Shown here: positions 61,451 through 64,000 of the stretch, in pieces
Position numbering within the stretch: the stretch's first letter is position 1
Layout of the letters: each line of letters begins with the position of its first letter
Assembly: GCA_051362555.1 (NCBI GenBank)
Contig: CM120640.1
Coordinates: 1,612,001-1,676,000 of the forward strand
Direction of reading: 5' to 3'
DNA length: 64,000 nucleotides
DNA from: Lingula anatina
Lineage: Eukaryota > Animalia > Brachiopoda
Notes under the pieces: generated by a model
Told to the model about the DNA's origin: nothing
Seen by the model: the letters and a program-made list of their open reading frames with translations, nothing else
Database searches by the model: none
Translations under genes and position numbers: made by a program

Positions 61451-64000
61451 AATAGCTAGGCATGCTTTATTGTTGACAGAATTTTGAATGGCTACAGAAT
61501 TTGAATGCTTTGGGTTGCACACTTTTAGATTGATGTGTCAGTAATAAATGATCCAACCTTGATGTCAAAGCTGATTTCCTTAAAATTTCAGTGGATGTGT
61601 CCACATAATTATTTTGGTTTAGAGAATATGAATGCTTTGGGTTGCACACTTTTAGATTGAAATATCAATAATAGATGATTCAATCTAGGTGACAATCTTT
61701 GATCATAGGCTTTGATTTGATTTTATTATATTCGTATTTCATTAGGTGTTTCTACAGAATTATTTTGGGTTTGAAAATTTGTTGCTTTGGGTTGCACACT
61801 TTTACAAAGATATATCTTCAACAACAAAATTGTATATATTCTTAATGGGGCAAGTCAAATTTCTTTAAAAAATGAACGACATTTTATCAAAATCAAATGG
61901 ACTAGGTACTTGTTTTTTTCAATGAAAAATCACAGACAGTTGTGAATTTTACACATACTGTATTTTTTAATTCATATTTTTTAATTGTAATTTTCTCATT
62001 GAGTGGTACAACAAAAATAAGAGTGCCTTACAGTTTTATTCTTTATAATAGAGAGACAAATCCTACATGGAAATATATTTTTGAACTGAACTTTGCAAAT
62101 TTTCTATCCCTTATATCTCGAAAACTGGCAGAGATACGCCCATAGTTACTATTGAACTTGTATAGGAGGTCATATTCTGGAAATCTCACTGAGACCTTGA
62201 AGTTGATCTTTGATTTGCTTTTCACCATGATCTAAACTTCTCAATTTTTCAATGAATGCTATTATTTGTCAAGGGTAGAGTTACACACTATTTATAGAAC
62301 TTTCTTAATTGTCGGAGTAAAATAAAGATTTTATTATTACAGGTGTTTAATCAGTTGAATTTTATTTAGATAAGACAGATTACTAATGTGCTATTTATAT
62401 TTTTCAGTAAATGAAAAAAGAGACAGGAAGTGAGAGGTCTTCAACAACTTTAATAAAACTCTTAAGTCTTAACCTAACCACACCTTACCAGCTGACTGCC
62501 CACATACCTTGTATAAACTATGGATTCTGCTATGGTCTGATAGCCAAGGTATGAAATACAGCCCGTAGTATAGAAATTGCATATATGTAAAGGTGGATGA
62601 TTAAGAAAGTAGTTTTAATGAGGAAAGTTGCTTTGGAATATAAAACCTTTGAAACATTCAAATGTGAATTTGTGTGAAATAATTTTTAAAATTAGCTTTG
62701 TTTCATTTTTCAGATAACAGCATTGCAAGGGCCACATACTGATCAAAAGGACATACAAGGAATGCATACTGTTTGCTGTTAAGAAGAGACAAGAGATGGA
62801 CATTTTATGTATTTTTTTTTTGTGTGTCTGTTGTTTAATTTCAAATGGTTGAATGTCTCATGTGCCTAGATGTTACTGTACAATTATATATTTAGCTTGG
62901 GGTATTTTATATGCTAAAATTATGTCTGCATATATTAGTGTGTTGCCATTGTCTGGTGGCAGCGTGGATTTTTTGCTTTTTTATTGCCAAAGATAAAGCC
63001 TGATTTAAATAAAGATGGAAAGTGACATCAGTGCAATTTAAATTCAACTGATTAAAAATTATTTAATACTAGCATCTCATCTGCTGAGAACATCAAGGTT
63101 ATTGTAATGTTACTGTAGAATTAAAATAGTATTTAGCTGCTGTAAAATTAAAATAGTATTTAGCTGAGGGGTACACTCCCATCTAGACAGATAAATTTTA
63201 ACTAGAAAAACTTGATTTAAGATACATCTGCTAGAAGCTACTTTTATGATATGATTTTTAAAAATTTTTAATTTAAATTAAATGTTGAAATTGGTACAAG
63301 CATTTAAGAAGTGGTTGCATGCCTGAAATGTGCAATAAATTCTTTTGTTTAATGGGCATAATGGTCTAAATGCCCATTTTGTTGCTAATAAATTACCACA
63401 TATATATATATACATGTGCATAGTTGTTTTTTCTTTCATTATAGATTTTCTTAAATAAAAATATACTTGCCATAATTGTTAAAAAGTTGACATAAGACAA
63501 AATAAGTTATAAGTAATTAATAAGTAATAATGATAAGTAATATCGGAGTTTTTTTTTCATTTTTCATTATTATTTTTTATACAAACATCGTATATGTTTC
63601 TTGTCTTCCATATGTATTCTCAAAACAAGAAGTACATTTTAACTATCAGTTGCTCTTGTCTTGATAAACAAATAACACTGACATCTGACGGCTAGTATCA
63701 CGATGCCAGTTTTCCGACTGGTAAAAAAGTTGCCAGGTTAGATTTTAATGAAACTTGATAGTCAATTTTCTCATGCGAAAAGCCACCTTCCATTGACGTG
63801 AATAAGTTGCACAGTTTCTGTGACATGAGATATCTAAAAATGTTAGTGTTGCTATGGCCAAAAAGTGACCAGTTGGCTGACTTCGTCGAGATCTACCTCA
63901 TTCATTGCTTCTTACTTCTGAATATCTTCCTACGCGCAGCCAGTGTATGACTGGTAAAAAAGTCGCAAACTCGAAAAGTCGAAAACTCTAAAAGTCGCAA

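Larger units (their letters stand above)
55237..64000 (+). mobile_element. IS3EU-like DNA transposon, degenerate, with nested inserts; right end lies just beyond the window
   Basis: Starts TATGG. Subterminal tttgcgact/ttttcgact repeats at 55255-55330 are mirrored at 63955-64000. Exon-like pieces MENLITSYYFKAGY, SYLRKRLVKLNLRRK and EELEGTGRCLGYRGMWSRLKKKYGLSVK. Confidence 0.7.

Overview
AT-rich eukaryotic DNA with spliceosomal GT-AG introns and a TE repertoire typical of a marine invertebrate (the taxon is an inference). The main content is a head-to-tail array of four paralogous 3-exon genes (about 2.1-9.2, 11.2-15.4, 31.2-35.0 and 39.0-43.2 kb, + strand). Each encodes a Roco-type protein with an unusual layout: a Roc GTPase split between G1/G2 and G3-G5 by a ~350-aa multi-pass transmembrane bundle, then COR, a Cys/His linker and a C-terminal CARD-like death fold on its own exon. 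Copies 2 and 4 are intact, copy 1 has a 7-nt frameshifting deletion, and copy 3 has two 1-nt shifts in A-runs. The copies are sequence mosaics of each other and stubs of further copies remain. The rest is nested transposons: an apparently intact ISL2EU element (THAP-DDE transposase plus SWIM-YqaJ-PHD gene), Tc1 remnants, a solo LTR, a DIRS retroelement cut by an IS3EU-like element, Academ and LINE relics, HINE-like elements and MITEs. All domain calls are from motif recognition by eye, not database searches.
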